Assembly: GCA_963809475.1 (NCBI GenBank)
Contig: CAWEJS010000002.1
Coordinates: forward strand, 471,722-535,721
Source of the DNA: an uncultured Acidobacteriota bacterium
Lineage (GTDB): Bacteria; Acidobacteriota; Vicinamibacteria; Vicinamibacterales; JAKQTR01
Direction: 5' to 3'
DNA length: 64,000 nt
A model generated the notes under the pieces. That model was given only the letters and a program-made list of their open reading frames with translations. It had not been told where the DNA came from and searched no databases. Each line of letters opens with the position of its first letter. Positions within the stretch are counted from its first letter, which is position 1. Shown one piece after another: positions 1-10,251 of the stretch. The translations under genes and the position numbers were made by a program.

Positions 1-233
1 CCATGGCCGAGCAGGCGTCGGTGCACTCAACCCCGTCGGCCCGCGCCCGCCTCGTCGCACGCCGGCTGTTCGAGCGCTGGGAACTGCAGGGCGCGGAAGT
101 GCTGCGCCAGTGGCGGGAGTGGGGCTGGAGTCCACCCGTGGTCGCCCTCGAGGGCCAACCTCTCGCCGGCTTCGATGTCAGTCTGTCTCACGACGGCCGT
201 TTCGTCGCCGCGAGCGTCGTCGGGCCGGCGTAG
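1..233 (+). CDS. 3' end of a 4'-phosphopantetheinyl transferase-like gene (start lies upstream of the window)
   Basis: The ORF is open from the window edge. The C-terminal ...FDVSLSHDGRFVAASVV resembles the S-x-SH-x-G-x-x-A motif of ACPS/Sfp-type PPTases. This is a short fragment only. Confidence 0.35.
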   Translation, partial: MAEQASVHSTPSARARLVARRLFERWELQGAEVLRQWREWGWSPPVVALEGQPLAGFDVSLSHDGRFVAASVVGPA

Positions 234-526
234 GCTGGTCATTCCATCACCGTTCGCTTGCCGCTCGCGGTCTTCCACGCGCGATCGTGCGTCGCCCAGT
301 AGGACAGGGCGGCGAGCGTGTCCTCGTCTGGCCGCACTGTCCGCGCCGACTGTCCTTCGCGCTGCCCTTCGCACCAGCCAAGTCGAGCCATTTTCCAGCA
401 GATCCGGCCTCGCGCCGGGTGGCCCGAGGCTTGCAGTGTCAGCCGGCAGAAGCCATGGGCTGGAAGTTGGGGCCGATGCGGAGACGCGGTCGCCGCGGTC
501 GCCGCGCGGGCTCGATGGAGGACATC

Positions 527-1030
527 ATGAAACCGACAACGCTCGTCGTCGCGGCCGGGGTCGTGCTGGCTGGCCTTGCGCTTGGCGCGCCGGTGAACGC
601 GCAGTCCGCGCGGATCGCCGTTGGCACCGTTTTCAGCACCGGCCCGCAGTACCCATCGCAGGGTCCGTATCAGGGGCGACCGGGCCCCGGCGGTTACGGC
701 AGCAATCGCGGATCCGGCGCGACCGAGTACGCGCTGAACCGCGGCTTCAACGACGGCTACGAACAGGGTCTCGACGCCGCGCGCGATCGCGATCGATTCG
801 ATCCGCGGCGCGAGCGGTGGTATCGAGACGCCGGGCGCGGGTATGACCGCGACTTTCGCATGTCGCGAAACGAGTATCGGGACATCTACCGGCGCGGGTT
901 CATGCAGGGATACGAATCGGGCTACCGCGACGCGCAGCGCGGCTGGCGCGGCGGGTACGGCGGATACAGCAGAGGCAATGGCGGCGGCTATCGCCAGCCG
1001 CAAGGCGGGCGGTGGCAGGACTGGCGGTAG
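527..1030 (+). CDS. secreted Gly/Arg/Tyr-rich repeat protein, function unknown
   Basis: An internal ATG at 527 of ORF 110..1030 gives MKPTTLVVAAGVVLAGLALGAPVNAQS, a signal-peptide-like N-terminus. It is followed by repeated RGF-x-x-GYE-x-G and GGY motifs. The upstream part of the ORF is Arg/Pro-rich and looks non-coding. Confidence 0.6.
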   Translation: MKPTTLVVAAGVVLAGLALGAPVNAQSARIAVGTVFSTGPQYPSQGPYQGRPGPGGYGSNRGSGATEYALNRGFNDGYEQGLDAARDRDRFDPRRERWYRDAGRGYDRDFRMSRNEYRDIYRRGFMQGYESGYRDAQRGWRGGYGGYSRGNGGGYRQPQGGRWQDWR

Positions 1031-1054
1031 CTGACCGCGCCGGGCCGGAACGTT

Positions 1055-1078
1055 GGGGTCAGACTCGCGTCTGACCCC
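1055..1078. terminator. hairpin between convergent genes (GGGGTCAGAC-tcgc-GTCTGACCCC)
   Basis: A perfect 10-bp inverted repeat with a 4-nt loop lies between the stop at 1030 (+) and the stop at 1085 (-). Confidence 0.55.
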
Positions 1079-1084
1079 AGCGTC

Positions 1085-2626
1085 TCAGCCCGGCTTTGAC
1101 ACCTCTCCGAGCACCTCCATCAGCACCGTGTTGTCGACCTCGACTCCGTAGCGCACGTCACCGATGCGCGCGGGGAGCGCGAATCTCAACGTGGCACCCG
1201 CCTTCTTCTTGTCGACGGCCATCGCCGCCCGGAGTTGAGCGGCGGTACTCTCGCCATACGTCGTGCGAAGGCCGACGCGGTCAAGGACCGTCGCAATCCG
1301 AGCGACGTCGCCGCCGTCGGCCATTCCCAGCCGTTCGGCGAGCCGTCCTTCCGCCACCAGCCCGATCGCGACCGCATCGCCATGCCGCATCGTGTAGCCC
1401 GAGACGGTTTCGACAGCGTGGCCGATCGTGTGCCCGAAGTTGAGCTTCGCCCGCTCGCCTCGCTCGAACGGGTCGGCTTCAACGACCCCGATCTTCACGC
1501 CAATCGTCTCGGCAATCTGGCGGAGGCTGCCGAAGGCCCGTGTCCCCTCGAGCGTGTCGAAGAGGCTCGGGCTCCCGATCACGGCATGCTTGACCACCTC
1601 GGCCATGCCGCTCACCCGTTCGACGGCCGGCAGCGTGGCAAGTGCCAGGGGGTCGGCCACGACCAGCGCGGGCGCGTGGAACGCCCCGACGAGGTTCTTC
1701 CCGGCCGGGAGATTCACGCCGGTCTTGCCGCCGACGCTGGCATCGACCATCGCCAGCAGCGTGGTGGGCACGTCGACCCACCGGACGCCTCGCATGAAGG
1801 TCGCAGCGGTGAAACCGGCGAGATCTCCAATCACGCCGCCGCCCAGGGCGATGACCGTGCCCGTCCGATCGAGACCGAGGCCAGCCAGACGTCCGCAGAG
1901 GCTGGCGCTCGACGCGGGAGTCTTCTGGGCCTCTCCGGCCGGAACGACGATGCGCGGGATGCCGTCCGGGAGTCGGGCCCCGAGACACCGAGCCACGTTC
2001 TCGTCCGTGACGAGCACGAACGGCCCGTCGAGACCTCGCGAAGCCAGCAGAGCCGGCAGTTCGTCGATCAACCCATAGCCCAGCGCGACGTCGTGCCGCA
2101 ACCCGGGCGCCTGCAGGGTGAGGGTGCGGAGCGCGATCGATTCCGCCACGTCGGCGACCGCCGCTGCGACGGTCCTGCCGGAGGTGTCGACGTGCTCGGG
2201 GAAGGACTCGTAGTGCGCCCGGCGGGATGCCAGCAGCCGGTCGAGCGTGCCGGCCGGATCGATGCCTGAGAGAAGCGGCCGCCCCTCGCCGTTCGCGAGT
2301 CTGGCCATCAGATCGGAGGAAGTCGCGTGCAGGCACACGATCGCGCCGGTTCGCTCCAGACGGCTCCGGCTGGCCGCATCGAGAAGCGCTCCGGCCCCGA
2401 GGGCAATGACCCGTCCGCCGCCTTCGGCGAGATCCGCGCAGCAGCCGGCTTCCAGTCGTCGAAACGCGGCTTCCCCGTCGCGCTCGAAGATCGCCGGGAT
2501 GGCAAGTCCGGCGCGCTGCGACACGAGCGCGTCCACATCGACGAACTCGCGGCCGAGTTGCGTCGCGAGCAGACGCCCGACGCTCGTCTTGCCGGCGGCC
2601 GGCGGCCCGTAGAGCATGATGTTCAC
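1085..2626 (-). CDS. aroKB: bifunctional shikimate kinase / 3-dehydroquinate synthase (AroK-AroB fusion)
   Basis: The N-terminus has a shikimate-kinase P-loop (LYGPPAAGKTSVGRLLA). The C-terminal 350 aa carry DHQ-synthase motifs (GGGVIGDLAGFTAATFMRGV, DASVGGKTGVN, FGHTIGHA). The likely start is GTG 2626, which overlaps the aroC stop as GTGA; ATG 2617 is the alternative. The ORF-track 5' extension is Arg/Pro-rich. Confidence 0.9.
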   Translation of the reverse strand: MNIMLYGPPAAGKTSVGRLLATQLGREFVDVDALVSQRAGLAIPAIFERDGEAAFRRLEAGCCADLAEGGGRVIALGAGALLDAASRSRLERTGAIVCLHATSSDLMARLANGEGRPLLSGIDPAGTLDRLLASRRAHYESFPEHVDTSGRTVAAAVADVAESIALRTLTLQAPGLRHDVALGYGLIDELPALLASRGLDGPFVLVTDENVARCLGARLPDGIPRIVVPAGEAQKTPASSASLCGRLAGLGLDRTGTVIALGGGVIGDLAGFTAATFMRGVRWVDVPTTLLAMVDASVGGKTGVNLPAGKNLVGAFHAPALVVADPLALATLPAVERVSGMAEVVKHAVIGSPSLFDTLEGTRAFGSLRQIAETIGVKIGVVEADPFERGERAKLNFGHTIGHAVETVSGYTMRHGDAVAIGLVAEGRLAERLGMADGGDVARIATVLDRVGLRTTYGESTAAQLRAAMAVDKKKAGATLRFALPARIGDVRYGVEVDNTVLMEVLGEVSKPG

Positions 2627-3825
2627 GGCCACAGGATCGACCCTTCCCGCCGCATCGGCAGGTCCTCCAGCCGCAGCCGGCGCAGGGCCTCGTAGCGAGG
2701 CTTCATCTCGGCCAGGGAGTCGCCGCCAAGCTTCTCGAGGAGCGCGTCCGCAATCACGACGCACACCATCGCCTCGCCGACGACGGCAGCGCGAGGCACG
2801 GCGCAGATGTCCGATCGCACGTGGCGGGCGGCGGACACGGCGCCGGTCGCCAGATCGACCGATCGAAGAGAGGCCGTCATCGTGGCGATCGGCTTCATCG
2901 CCGCGCGCACGACGAGCGGCTGGCCGTTCGTGATGCCGCCTTCCAGGCCGCCTGCGCGGTTGCTCCCGCGGACCAGACGCGATCCGTCGTCCGCGAGACC
3001 GAGTTCGTCGTGGACAGCCGTGCCGGGCAACCGCGCGTTCGTGAAGGCCTCGCCGATCTCGACCCCCTTGATCGCAGGGATGCTCATCAGCGCGGCCGCG
3101 AGCCTGGCTGTCAGGCGGCGATCCCAGTGCACGTGGCTGCCAAGCCCCGGAGGCACGCCGCAGGCGACCACGTCGAACACGCCCCCGACCGTATCACCCT
3201 CCCTGGCAGCCTCGCTGATGCGTTGGGCCATCGCGGCCGTACCCGACGCGGTCGGGCACGCCAGGTCGGAGAGCGCTGCCTGCTCCAGCCTGGCTTCGAG
3301 GGACATCGCAGACAGATCCGCCGCCACGCCGCCGATTTCGGCGACGTAGCTGCCCACCGAGACGCCGAATTCCACGAGGAGCTTCCGGCAGATCGCGCCG
3401 ACGGCGACACGCGCCGCGGTCTCGCGCGCTGATGACCGTTCGAGACCGAATTGCAGGTCCGTGTAGCCGTACTTCAAGGCGGCGGCGAGATCGGCGTGTC
3501 CCGGGCGGGGCACCGTCATCGGCTCGACGGCGCGTCCTTTCCAGTTCGCGTGATCACGGTTGCCGACCTGGACGGCAATCGGGGCGCCGGTCGTGACGCC
3601 ATCCAGCACGCCGCCGAGTATCTCGAGGGAGTCGTGCTCGAGGCTCATTCGCGGACTTGCGCCTCGATACGGACGGCCAGCCGGGCCGAGACCCCGGCGC
3701 CGCGCCAGATCCGGATCAATGTCGGCGGCGCTCATCGCGAGCCCCGCAGGCATCCCCTCCAGGATTGCGACGACTGAGGGTCCGTGCGATTCGCCGGCGG
3801 TCAGGAACCGGAGCCTCGAGTTCAT
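2623..3825 (-). CDS. aroC: chorismate synthase
   Basis: MNSRLRFLTAGESHGPSVVAILEGMPAG is a typical AroC N-terminus, and the length fits. ATG 3825 overlaps the aroA stop (ATGA). Confidence 0.95.
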   Translation of the reverse strand: MNSRLRFLTAGESHGPSVVAILEGMPAGLAMSAADIDPDLARRRGLGPAGRPYRGASPRMSLEHDSLEILGGVLDGVTTGAPIAVQVGNRDHANWKGRAVEPMTVPRPGHADLAAALKYGYTDLQFGLERSSARETAARVAVGAICRKLLVEFGVSVGSYVAEIGGVAADLSAMSLEARLEQAALSDLACPTASGTAAMAQRISEAAREGDTVGGVFDVVACGVPPGLGSHVHWDRRLTARLAAALMSIPAIKGVEIGEAFTNARLPGTAVHDELGLADDGSRLVRGSNRAGGLEGGITNGQPLVVRAAMKPIATMTASLRSVDLATGAVSAARHVRSDICAVPRAAVVGEAMVCVVIADALLEKLGGDSLAEMKPRYEALRRLRLEDLPMRREGSILWP

Positions 3826-5138
3826 CCTGCCTCCAACCTCTCTGCGGCCGACAAGGACTGCTGCACGCGCAACCCGTCGAGCACCTCGAAGTACCTCGGG
3901 AACGTCTTGGACACACACGAGGGATTCTCGATGGACACACCGGGGACACGAAGGCCCACGAGCGCAAACGCCATCGCCATGCGATGGTCGCCGTACGTGC
4001 GGATGGTGGCCGCGCGCATCTCGCGGCAGGGCTGAATCACGAATCCGTCCGCCCGCTCTTGAACCGCGACGCCGAGTCTCGAGAGTTCCCTGCAGGTCGC
4101 CGACACCCTGTCACATTCCTTGAGACGGGCCGAAGCAATGCCGCGCACCGTGGTCGGCGAGCCGGCGAACGGCGCGACAGCCGCGAGCGTCTGGGCCGTG
4201 TCGGGAATGTCGCCCAGGTCCACATCGACGCCTCGCAACTCCCGCGATCCGGTCACCTGAACCCAGCCGCCGCCTTCCTCGACCCGGCATCCCATGGCCG
4301 ACAGGACGTCCAGAAACTGGATGTCTCCCTGCCGCGAGCCGCGCGAGATCTTCTCGACTCTCACCGTGCCGCCTGCGATGGCGGCCGCGCCGAAGAAATA
4401 GGAGGCGGCCGAAGCGTCGCTCTCGACGTCGAAGACGGGCCGGCCGCGATACCGGCCGCAGGGGACGGCGAAACGCCGATACCCGTCGCGCGCGACTTCG
4501 ATGCCGAAGTCGGCCATGACGGCCAGTGTCATGTCGACGTAGGGCTTCGAGGACAGCGGCCGGCCAACCACCACCTCCACCGGTGACCGCGCGTACGGCG
4601 CAACGAGCAGGAGAGCGCTCACGAACTGGCTGCTCGTGTCCCCGTCAATGGCCGCCCGCCCGCCGGCCAGGCCATTCGCCTGGACCCGGACGGGCGGGCA
4701 GCCCGTCGGACACTCGATGGCGGCGCCGAGTTGTCTCAGGCCGTCGAGGAGATCCCCGATCGGCCGCTCACGCATCCGCGGACTTCCGTCGACCACGAAG
4801 TCGCCAGACCCGAGCGTCGTGAGCGCCACGAGAAAGCGAGCCGCCGTTCCGGCGTTCCCAACGTCAAGCCTGGCGCCGCAAACGGGAATGCGTCCCCCAA
4901 ACCCGTCCACGCCCGTGGTTCCGGCACCGCCTGCGCCGACATTCACGGAGAAACCCAACTGCTCGAGCGACTCGACCATGCGGACCGTGTCGTCGGCCAC
5001 CAACACATTCGTCAGCACCGTCGAACCCTCGGCGAGCGCGGCGACCACCAACGCGCGGTTCGTCAGACTCTTCGAGCCAGGCACGCTGACGGAGGCGCGA
5101 AGGAGATGGCCGACGGGAGCGATCGCGGCGGTGTCCAC
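3822..5138 (-). CDS. aroA: 3-phosphoshikimate 1-carboxyvinyltransferase (EPSP synthase)
   Basis: The LPGSKSLTNRAL-type motif (VPGSKSLTNRALVVAALAEG) is present, and the 438-aa length fits. Confidence 0.95.
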   Translation of the reverse strand: MDTAAIAPVGHLLRASVSVPGSKSLTNRALVVAALAEGSTVLTNVLVADDTVRMVESLEQLGFSVNVGAGGAGTTGVDGFGGRIPVCGARLDVGNAGTAARFLVALTTLGSGDFVVDGSPRMRERPIGDLLDGLRQLGAAIECPTGCPPVRVQANGLAGGRAAIDGDTSSQFVSALLLVAPYARSPVEVVVGRPLSSKPYVDMTLAVMADFGIEVARDGYRRFAVPCGRYRGRPVFDVESDASAASYFFGAAAIAGGTVRVEKISRGSRQGDIQFLDVLSAMGCRVEEGGGWVQVTGSRELRGVDVDLGDIPDTAQTLAAVAPFAGSPTTVRGIASARLKECDRVSATCRELSRLGVAVQERADGFVIQPCREMRAATIRTYGDHRMAMAFALVGLRVPGVSIENPSCVSKTFPRYFEVLDGLRVQQSLSAAERLEAG

Positions 5139-5144
5139 GGCTGA

Positions 5145-6062
5145 TCACGGGCTCCGGCGCATCGAGTTCGAATCGGTGACGCGACGGCGGGCAGCCGCGC
5201 ACATCCGTTCACGCCACATCTGTGCCTCGTCGAAGACCCGCTCGAGCGGAAGCGCGGTGGCGGCGTGCGTCTTCATGTGGTCGAGCGCCCCGATCAACTC
5301 GTCCAGCGCGACGCGGATGTTGTCCGCGTTTGTCAGGCAGATGTCGCGCCAGATCTCGAACGAGCTGTCCGCAAGCCGGGTCGTGTCCACGAGTCCGGGG
5401 CCGGCAAGCTCGAGACCCGCGTCCCCCGCCCCTTCGCCAGCCACGCGCATCAGGGCCGACGCCGCCAGTTGCGGAAGGTGGCTGATGAAGGCCAGGACGC
5501 GGTCGTGCTCGGCTGCACTCATCACGTGCGGCTCGGCGCCGAGCGTCCTCACGAACGCGCACAGCCGCGCCAGGACCTCGGGCGGCGTGCCTCCCTCAGG
5601 CGTGAGCACCCAGGGCCGCGCCGAGAAGAGGTCGGCCGTCGCCGCGTCGATCCCGCGCGAAGCCGCGCCGGCAATCGGATGCCCACCGACGAACGTGAGC
5701 GATCCGCCCGTGCCGCGCGCCGCGTCGACCATGACCCGCTTCGTGCTGCCGACATCGGTCACGATGGTGGCCGGGGAGACGTGACGGGCCACCTGCCTGA
5801 CGAGCTCGACGTTCTGCCGAACGGGCGCCGCCAGGATCACCAGGTCGGCCCTGGCGACGCTGTCGAGTTGCTCCGACGCGACGTCAACGACGCCGCGATC
5901 CAGGGCCGTGCGAAGCACGTCAGCCCGGTCGATCCCGGCAATGGCGGTGGCAGGCCGTGCTCTGCGGATGCCCAGCGCGATCGATCCGCCGACGAGCCCG
6001 AGGCCGACGATGGCAATGCGTTCAAATTCGGCGCCAGCCACGCCCGAGTCGGCTTCACTCAT
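5145..6062 (-). CDS. tyrA: prephenate dehydrogenase
   Basis: An N-terminal Rossmann motif (IAIVGLGLVGGS) and GGHPIAG are present. Operon context supports the call. Confidence 0.85.
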   Translation of the reverse strand: MSEADSGVAGAEFERIAIVGLGLVGGSIALGIRRARPATAIAGIDRADVLRTALDRGVVDVASEQLDSVARADLVILAAPVRQNVELVRQVARHVSPATIVTDVGSTKRVMVDAARGTGGSLTFVGGHPIAGAASRGIDAATADLFSARPWVLTPEGGTPPEVLARLCAFVRTLGAEPHVMSAAEHDRVLAFISHLPQLAASALMRVAGEGAGDAGLELAGPGLVDTTRLADSSFEIWRDICLTNADNIRVALDELIGALDHMKTHAATALPLERVFDEAQMWRERMCAAARRRVTDSNSMRRSP

Positions 6063-7218
6063 GCGGTGTCCCCTGCTCGTCGCCGGTTGACCGGCCGGAC
6101 CAGCCTGATCGTGCGTCCGCAGCCTGCTGCCGGCCGGCCGTCCAGCCCCGCCTCGCGGTCGGCTCGACGCAGATGCGCCGGCCGATGGCCGGCGCGATGA
6201 TCCGGAGTTCGGCCATCAGCCGATCGAACTGATCCGGGTAGAGCGACTGCGCGCCGTCGCTCAGCGCGTGGTCCGCGTCGCAGTGCACCTCGACGAGCAG
6301 GCCGTCAGCGCCGGCCGCGACAGCCGCGCGCGCCATTGGCACGACCTTGTCGCGCCGGCCGGTTCCATGGCTCGGATCCACGATAATCGGCAGGTGGCTC
6401 AGCTTCTTGACGACAGGAATCGCCGAGAGGTCGAGCGTGTTGCGTGTGGCGCTCTCGAAGGTGCGGATCCCCCGTTCGCACAAGACGACCGCTTCGTTCC
6501 CGCCGCTCAGCAGGTATTCGGCCGAGAGCAGCCATTCCTCGATCGTCGCTGAGATGCCGCGCTTGAGCAGGACCGGCTTGCGCGCATGGCCCAGCTCGCG
6601 GAGCAGGGTGTAGTTCTGCATGTTCCTCGCGCCGACCTGGAGCATGTCCGCGTAGCGGTCGACGATCTCGATCTGGGTGATGTCCATGACCTCGGACACC
6701 AGTTTCAGATCGTGCTGGTTCGCCGCCGCCCGGAGCATGCGCAGCCCGTCCTCGCCGAGGCCCTGGAAGCTGTACGGCGAACTGCGCGGCTTGAACGCGC
6801 CGCCTCGCATGATCTTCGCCCCCGCCCGCTTCACCGCCGCGGCCGTGGCCTCCACCTGCTCGTCGGTTTCCGCCGAGCAGGGACCCGCCATCACGATCAC
6901 CTCGCTGCCGCCGATCCGCACGTCCCCCACGGCAACGACGGTCCCGTCGGGCTTGAACGTGCGGCTCGCGAGCTTGTACGGCTCGGTGATCCGCAGCACC
7001 TCGAACACGCCGCTCAGGATTTCGATGCGTTCCGGCTCGACCGATCTCGTGCCTCCCACCGCTCCGAGCACGGTCCGCGAGGTGCCTGTCGAGCGGTGCA
7101 CCGCGAGACCCATCTCGACCAGCCGGGCGATCACCTGTTCGATCTGATCCTCGCTCGCTCGTTCTTCCATGACGACCACCACGGCAAGCTCCTTTCCCTG
7201 TGTCCACGCCACGCTCAC
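6055..7218 (-). CDS. 3-deoxy-7-phosphoheptulonate (DAHP) synthase, type I-beta with N-terminal ferredoxin-like/ACT-like regulatory domain
   Basis: The core matches the KDO8PS-like DAHPS family (GAFKPRSSPYSFQGLG, LLKRG, DPSH). An extra N-terminal domain of about 70 aa (VVVMEERASEDQIEQVIARLVEMG) resembles Thermotoga-type enzymes. An unusual C-terminal tail of about 35 aa overlaps the tyrA start by 8 nt. Confidence 0.9.
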   Translation of the reverse strand: MSVAWTQGKELAVVVVMEERASEDQIEQVIARLVEMGLAVHRSTGTSRTVLGAVGGTRSVEPERIEILSGVFEVLRITEPYKLASRTFKPDGTVVAVGDVRIGGSEVIVMAGPCSAETDEQVEATAAAVKRAGAKIMRGGAFKPRSSPYSFQGLGEDGLRMLRAAANQHDLKLVSEVMDITQIEIVDRYADMLQVGARNMQNYTLLRELGHARKPVLLKRGISATIEEWLLSAEYLLSGGNEAVVLCERGIRTFESATRNTLDLSAIPVVKKLSHLPIIVDPSHGTGRRDKVVPMARAAVAAGADGLLVEVHCDADHALSDGAQSLYPDQFDRLMAELRIIAPAIGRRICVEPTARRGWTAGRQQAADARSGWSGRSTGDEQGTPHE

Positions 7219-7538
7219 CTGTCCGGGCCGCTGACTGGCGCCGGACCGGCGCGCCCGCCCTCGCGAGCGGTGCCGCCGGCCATCTCGAGCTGGCGCGCCT
7301 CGTCGATGATCCGCTCGAAGAGCCGGCCGATGGCCTCTTCCGTCAGCGGCCCGCCCAGGTTCGCCGTGATCGCGCGCGCGCGGCGCACGACCGCCGCCTC
7401 CCGGTCGGGTTCGTAGATCGGCGAACCGCGCTCCCGTTTCAGCCGGCCAATTTCGATGGCGCAGGCGGCGCGAGTGTTCAGCAGCGCCACGAGCTGCTCG
7501 TCAATCACGTCGATTCGCTCCCGCAGTTCGTCGATCAT
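7215..7538 (-). CDS. chorismate mutase (AroQ class)
   Basis: MIDELRERIDVIDEQLVALLNTRAACAIEIGRLK... is a typical CM type II helix. ATG 7538 overlaps the trpA stop (ATGA), and the stop overlaps the DAHPS GTG start (GTGA). Confidence 0.85.
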   Translation of the reverse strand: MIDELRERIDVIDEQLVALLNTRAACAIEIGRLKRERGSPIYEPDREAAVVRRARAITANLGGPLTEEAIGRLFERIIDEARQLEMAGGTAREGGRAGPAPVSGPDR

Positions 7539-8368
7539 GATTCCTCGCCCGCTGTCGCGCCTCGATCGGTCCCTTCGCCGAGCAGCCACCGCACGTGGCC
7601 CCGCACCCGTTCCTCCAGGTCCGGTTCATTTCCGGCCTCCGCGATGACGCTCACGATGCTGCTGCCGACAACCGCGGCGTCGGCCGAGCGGCAGACTTCG
7701 CGGACCTGATCCGGATGCGAGATGCCAAAGCCGAGCGCAACAGGCAGCTGGCTCTCCGCCCGGATCCGGCCGACCAGATCTCGCGAGCCGGGGGGCAGCG
7801 ACGCTCGCGCGCCAGTGACGCCGAGCCGGGAGATGGCGTACAGGAACCCGCTCCCGAGCGCTGCCGCCTCTTGGATCCGCTCGGTGCTGGTGGTCGGGCT
7901 GATCAGGAAGATCACGTCGATTCCGGCGCGCGCCAGGGCCGCGCGAGCCTCTCCCGCTTCTTCGATCGGGAGGTCCAGCACGAGTACGCCGTCGACGCCT
8001 GCCTTTGCCGCGATCTCGGCAAACCGTTCGATGCCGAGCCGGAAGATCGGGTTTGCATAGCTGAACAGCACCAGCGGCGCGCTGAGTCTCGGCCTGACTT
8101 GCGCGACGAGATCGATCACCGCTCCGAGCGTCGTGCCGGCCGCCAGCGACCGCTCCGCCGCACGCTGGATGACCGGGCCGTCGGCGACAGGATCGGAGAA
8201 CGGCACGCCGATCTCGATCACGCTCGCCCCGGCGGTCTCGAGCGCCACGAGAATCTCGCCCGAGCGATCGAGATCCGGGTCACCGGCGGTGACGTAGGTC
8301 ACAAGCTTCGGGCGTATTTGCAGGCGCAGACGATCGAAGGTGGAGGACAGGCGTGACATCATCAGCAC
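7535..8368 (-). CDS. trpA: tryptophan synthase alpha chain
   Basis: The TrpA family sequence reads through (VTAGDPD, IEIGVPFSDPVADGPVIQ). The start is GTG 8368, or ATG 8362/8359. Confidence 0.93.
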   Translation of the reverse strand: MLMMSRLSSTFDRLRLQIRPKLVTYVTAGDPDLDRSGEILVALETAGASVIEIGVPFSDPVADGPVIQRAAERSLAAGTTLGAVIDLVAQVRPRLSAPLVLFSYANPIFRLGIERFAEIAAKAGVDGVLVLDLPIEEAGEARAALARAGIDVIFLISPTTSTERIQEAAALGSGFLYAISRLGVTGARASLPPGSRDLVGRIRAESQLPVALGFGISHPDQVREVCRSADAAVVGSSIVSVIAEAGNEPDLEERVRGHVRWLLGEGTDRGATAGEES

Positions 8369-9625
8369 TCAGGGATGAGGCGTCGGGGATTCCGAGTCCG
8401 GCGTGGCGTGCGCGGCGGCGACTGATCGAGTGACGGTGTCAGCGTCCTTGTCGCCGCGTCCGGACAGATTGACGAGCACGATCCGATCGGGCCCGAGCTC
8501 CCGCGCGAGAGCGCACGCAAACGCGACGGCGTGTGCCGATTCGAGCGCCGGCAGAACCCCCTCGAGCCTGGACAGAGTGACGAACGCCTCGAGGGCCTGG
8601 TCGTCGGTGACCCACGTATACTCCGTTCGTTTCAGGTCCCTCAGCCAGGCGTGTTCCGGACCGACGGCCGCGTAGTCGAGGCCGGCCGAGATGGAATGGG
8701 TCGGCTCGATGTTGCCCGCCTCGTCCTGCAGCACGAACGAGCGGGTCCCCTGCAGCACGCCCGCGCTTCCCGACGCGAAACGGGCGGCGTGCCGCCGGGG
8801 ACGAAGCGCGTCGCCGCCCGCCTCGACGCCGATCAGGCGGACGCGTTCGTCCGGCACGAAGGCGTCGAAGATGCCGAGCGAGTTGCTGCCGCCGCCGACG
8901 CAGGCGACGACCGCGTCCGGCAGACGGCCAGCCGCAGCCAGTATCTGCGCGCGCGCCTCGCGTCCGATCACCGACTGGAACTCGCGGACCATCAGCGGAT
9001 ACGGGTGCGGCCCGAGCACCGAACCCAGCAGGTAGTGCGTGTCGTCGACGTGTGCGACCCAGTCCCGCATGGCTTCGTTGATCGCATCCTTCAGCGTGCG
9101 GCTGCCTGCGTCGACGCGCGTGACCGACGCGCCGAGCAGGCGCATCCTGGCGACGTTCGGCGCCTGGCGGTCCATGTCCTCCGCGCCCATGTAGATGTCG
9201 CATCGAAGGCCCAGCAGGGCACAGGCGGCCGCCGTGGCCACACCGTGCTGCCCCGCGCCGGTCTCGGCCACGACGCGCGTCTTCCCCATCCGCGCGGCGA
9301 CGAGCGCCTGGCCCAGGGCGTTGTTGATCTTGTGGGCGCCCGTGTGCGCAAGATCCTCCCGTTTGAGGAAGATGCGAGCGCCGCCGGCCTCCCGGGCGAG
9401 ACGCTTCGCCTCGAAGAGCGCCGTCGGCCGGCCGACGTAGTCGCGAAGCAGTTGCGCCAGCTCCCGGGTGAACGCGGGGTCGTCGCGGGCCCGCAGGTAC
9501 TCGGCTGTCAGCGCCTCGACCGGGGCCACGAGCGTCTCGGGCACGAAGCGCCCGCCGTACGCGCCGAAATACCCGCGCGCGTCAGGATCCCGCCGGCCCC
9601 AGACAATCTCAGTCTGCTGGTTCAT
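8369..9625 (-). CDS. trpB: tryptophan synthase beta chain
   Basis: [24 protein letters not shown] and GGGSNS motifs are present. ATG 9625 overlaps the trpF stop (ATGA). A short, unusual Pro/Ser-rich C-terminal tail follows. Confidence 0.95.
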   Translation of the reverse strand: MNQQTEIVWGRRDPDARGYFGAYGGRFVPETLVAPVEALTAEYLRARDDPAFTRELAQLLRDYVGRPTALFEAKRLAREAGGARIFLKREDLAHTGAHKINNALGQALVAARMGKTRVVAETGAGQHGVATAAACALLGLRCDIYMGAEDMDRQAPNVARMRLLGASVTRVDAGSRTLKDAINEAMRDWVAHVDDTHYLLGSVLGPHPYPLMVREFQSVIGREARAQILAAAGRLPDAVVACVGGGSNSLGIFDAFVPDERVRLIGVEAGGDALRPRRHAARFASGSAGVLQGTRSFVLQDEAGNIEPTHSISAGLDYAAVGPEHAWLRDLKRTEYTWVTDDQALEAFVTLSRLEGVLPALESAHAVAFACALARELGPDRIVLVNLSGRGDKDADTVTRSVAAAHATPDSESPTPHP

Positions 9626-10251
9626 CTTCTTGCCCCGCCCGCGGTGGATCGAATCGCGTCGAACAACTGCTGGAGACGGCCATGGTCCTTGACTCCCGGA
9701 TCGCATTCGACTCCGGACGACACATCGACGCCATCGGGTTCAACGGCGCGGATCGCGGCGACCACGTTCTCAGGGCTGAGACCGCCGGCCAGAATGGTCC
9801 GCCGGCCGCGCGCCACCTCCCGTGCCGCCACCCAGTCGATGGTCCGGCCCGTTCCACCGCGAGCTACGGGATCATCGACGTCGAGGAGCACTGTCGCATT
9901 GGCAGGCACACTGGCAATTGCCGCCATGCGGAACCCCCTGCCGACCGGCACGGCCTTGATGACGGGCGCTGCGATTCGTGCGCAGTAGTCCGCTGTCTCG
10001 GCGCCGTGAAGCTGAACAGCCCCGAGGCGCAGTGACTGTGCAACCTCGTTGACGTGTTCCGCTGACTGATTCACAAACACTCCCACCCGTGCAACCGACG
10101 CCGGCAGACCGCGCGCGACGTCGCCGGCGTCCCTCGGCTGGATGAACCGGCGGCTTCCCGGCCAGAAGACGAAGCCCACCGCGGCGGCTCCGAGGTCCGC
10201 CGCGAGCCACGCATCCTCCCGTCGCGTGATGCCGCAGACTTTCACCCACAT
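9622..10251 (-). CDS. trpF: phosphoribosylanthranilate isomerase
   Basis: [14 protein letters not shown] is a typical TrpF N-terminus, and the 209-aa length fits. Confidence 0.92.
   Translation of the reverse strand: MWVKVCGITRREDAWLAADLGAAAVGFVFWPGSRRFIQPRDAGDVARGLPASVARVGVFVNQSAEHVNEVAQSLRLGAVQLHGAETADYCARIAAPVIKAVPVGRGFRMAAIASVPANATVLLDVDDPVARGGTGRTIDWVAAREVARGRRTILAGGLSPENVVAAIRAVEPDGVDVSSGVECDPGVKDHGRLQQLFDAIRSTAGGARR

Noticed and set aside
8385-8400. GATTC and GAGTC at the trpB 3' end as another member of the 7-bp GANTC arrays.
   Set aside because: The spacing is 6 bp, not 7. The sites lie inside the coding region of the trpB C-terminal tail.
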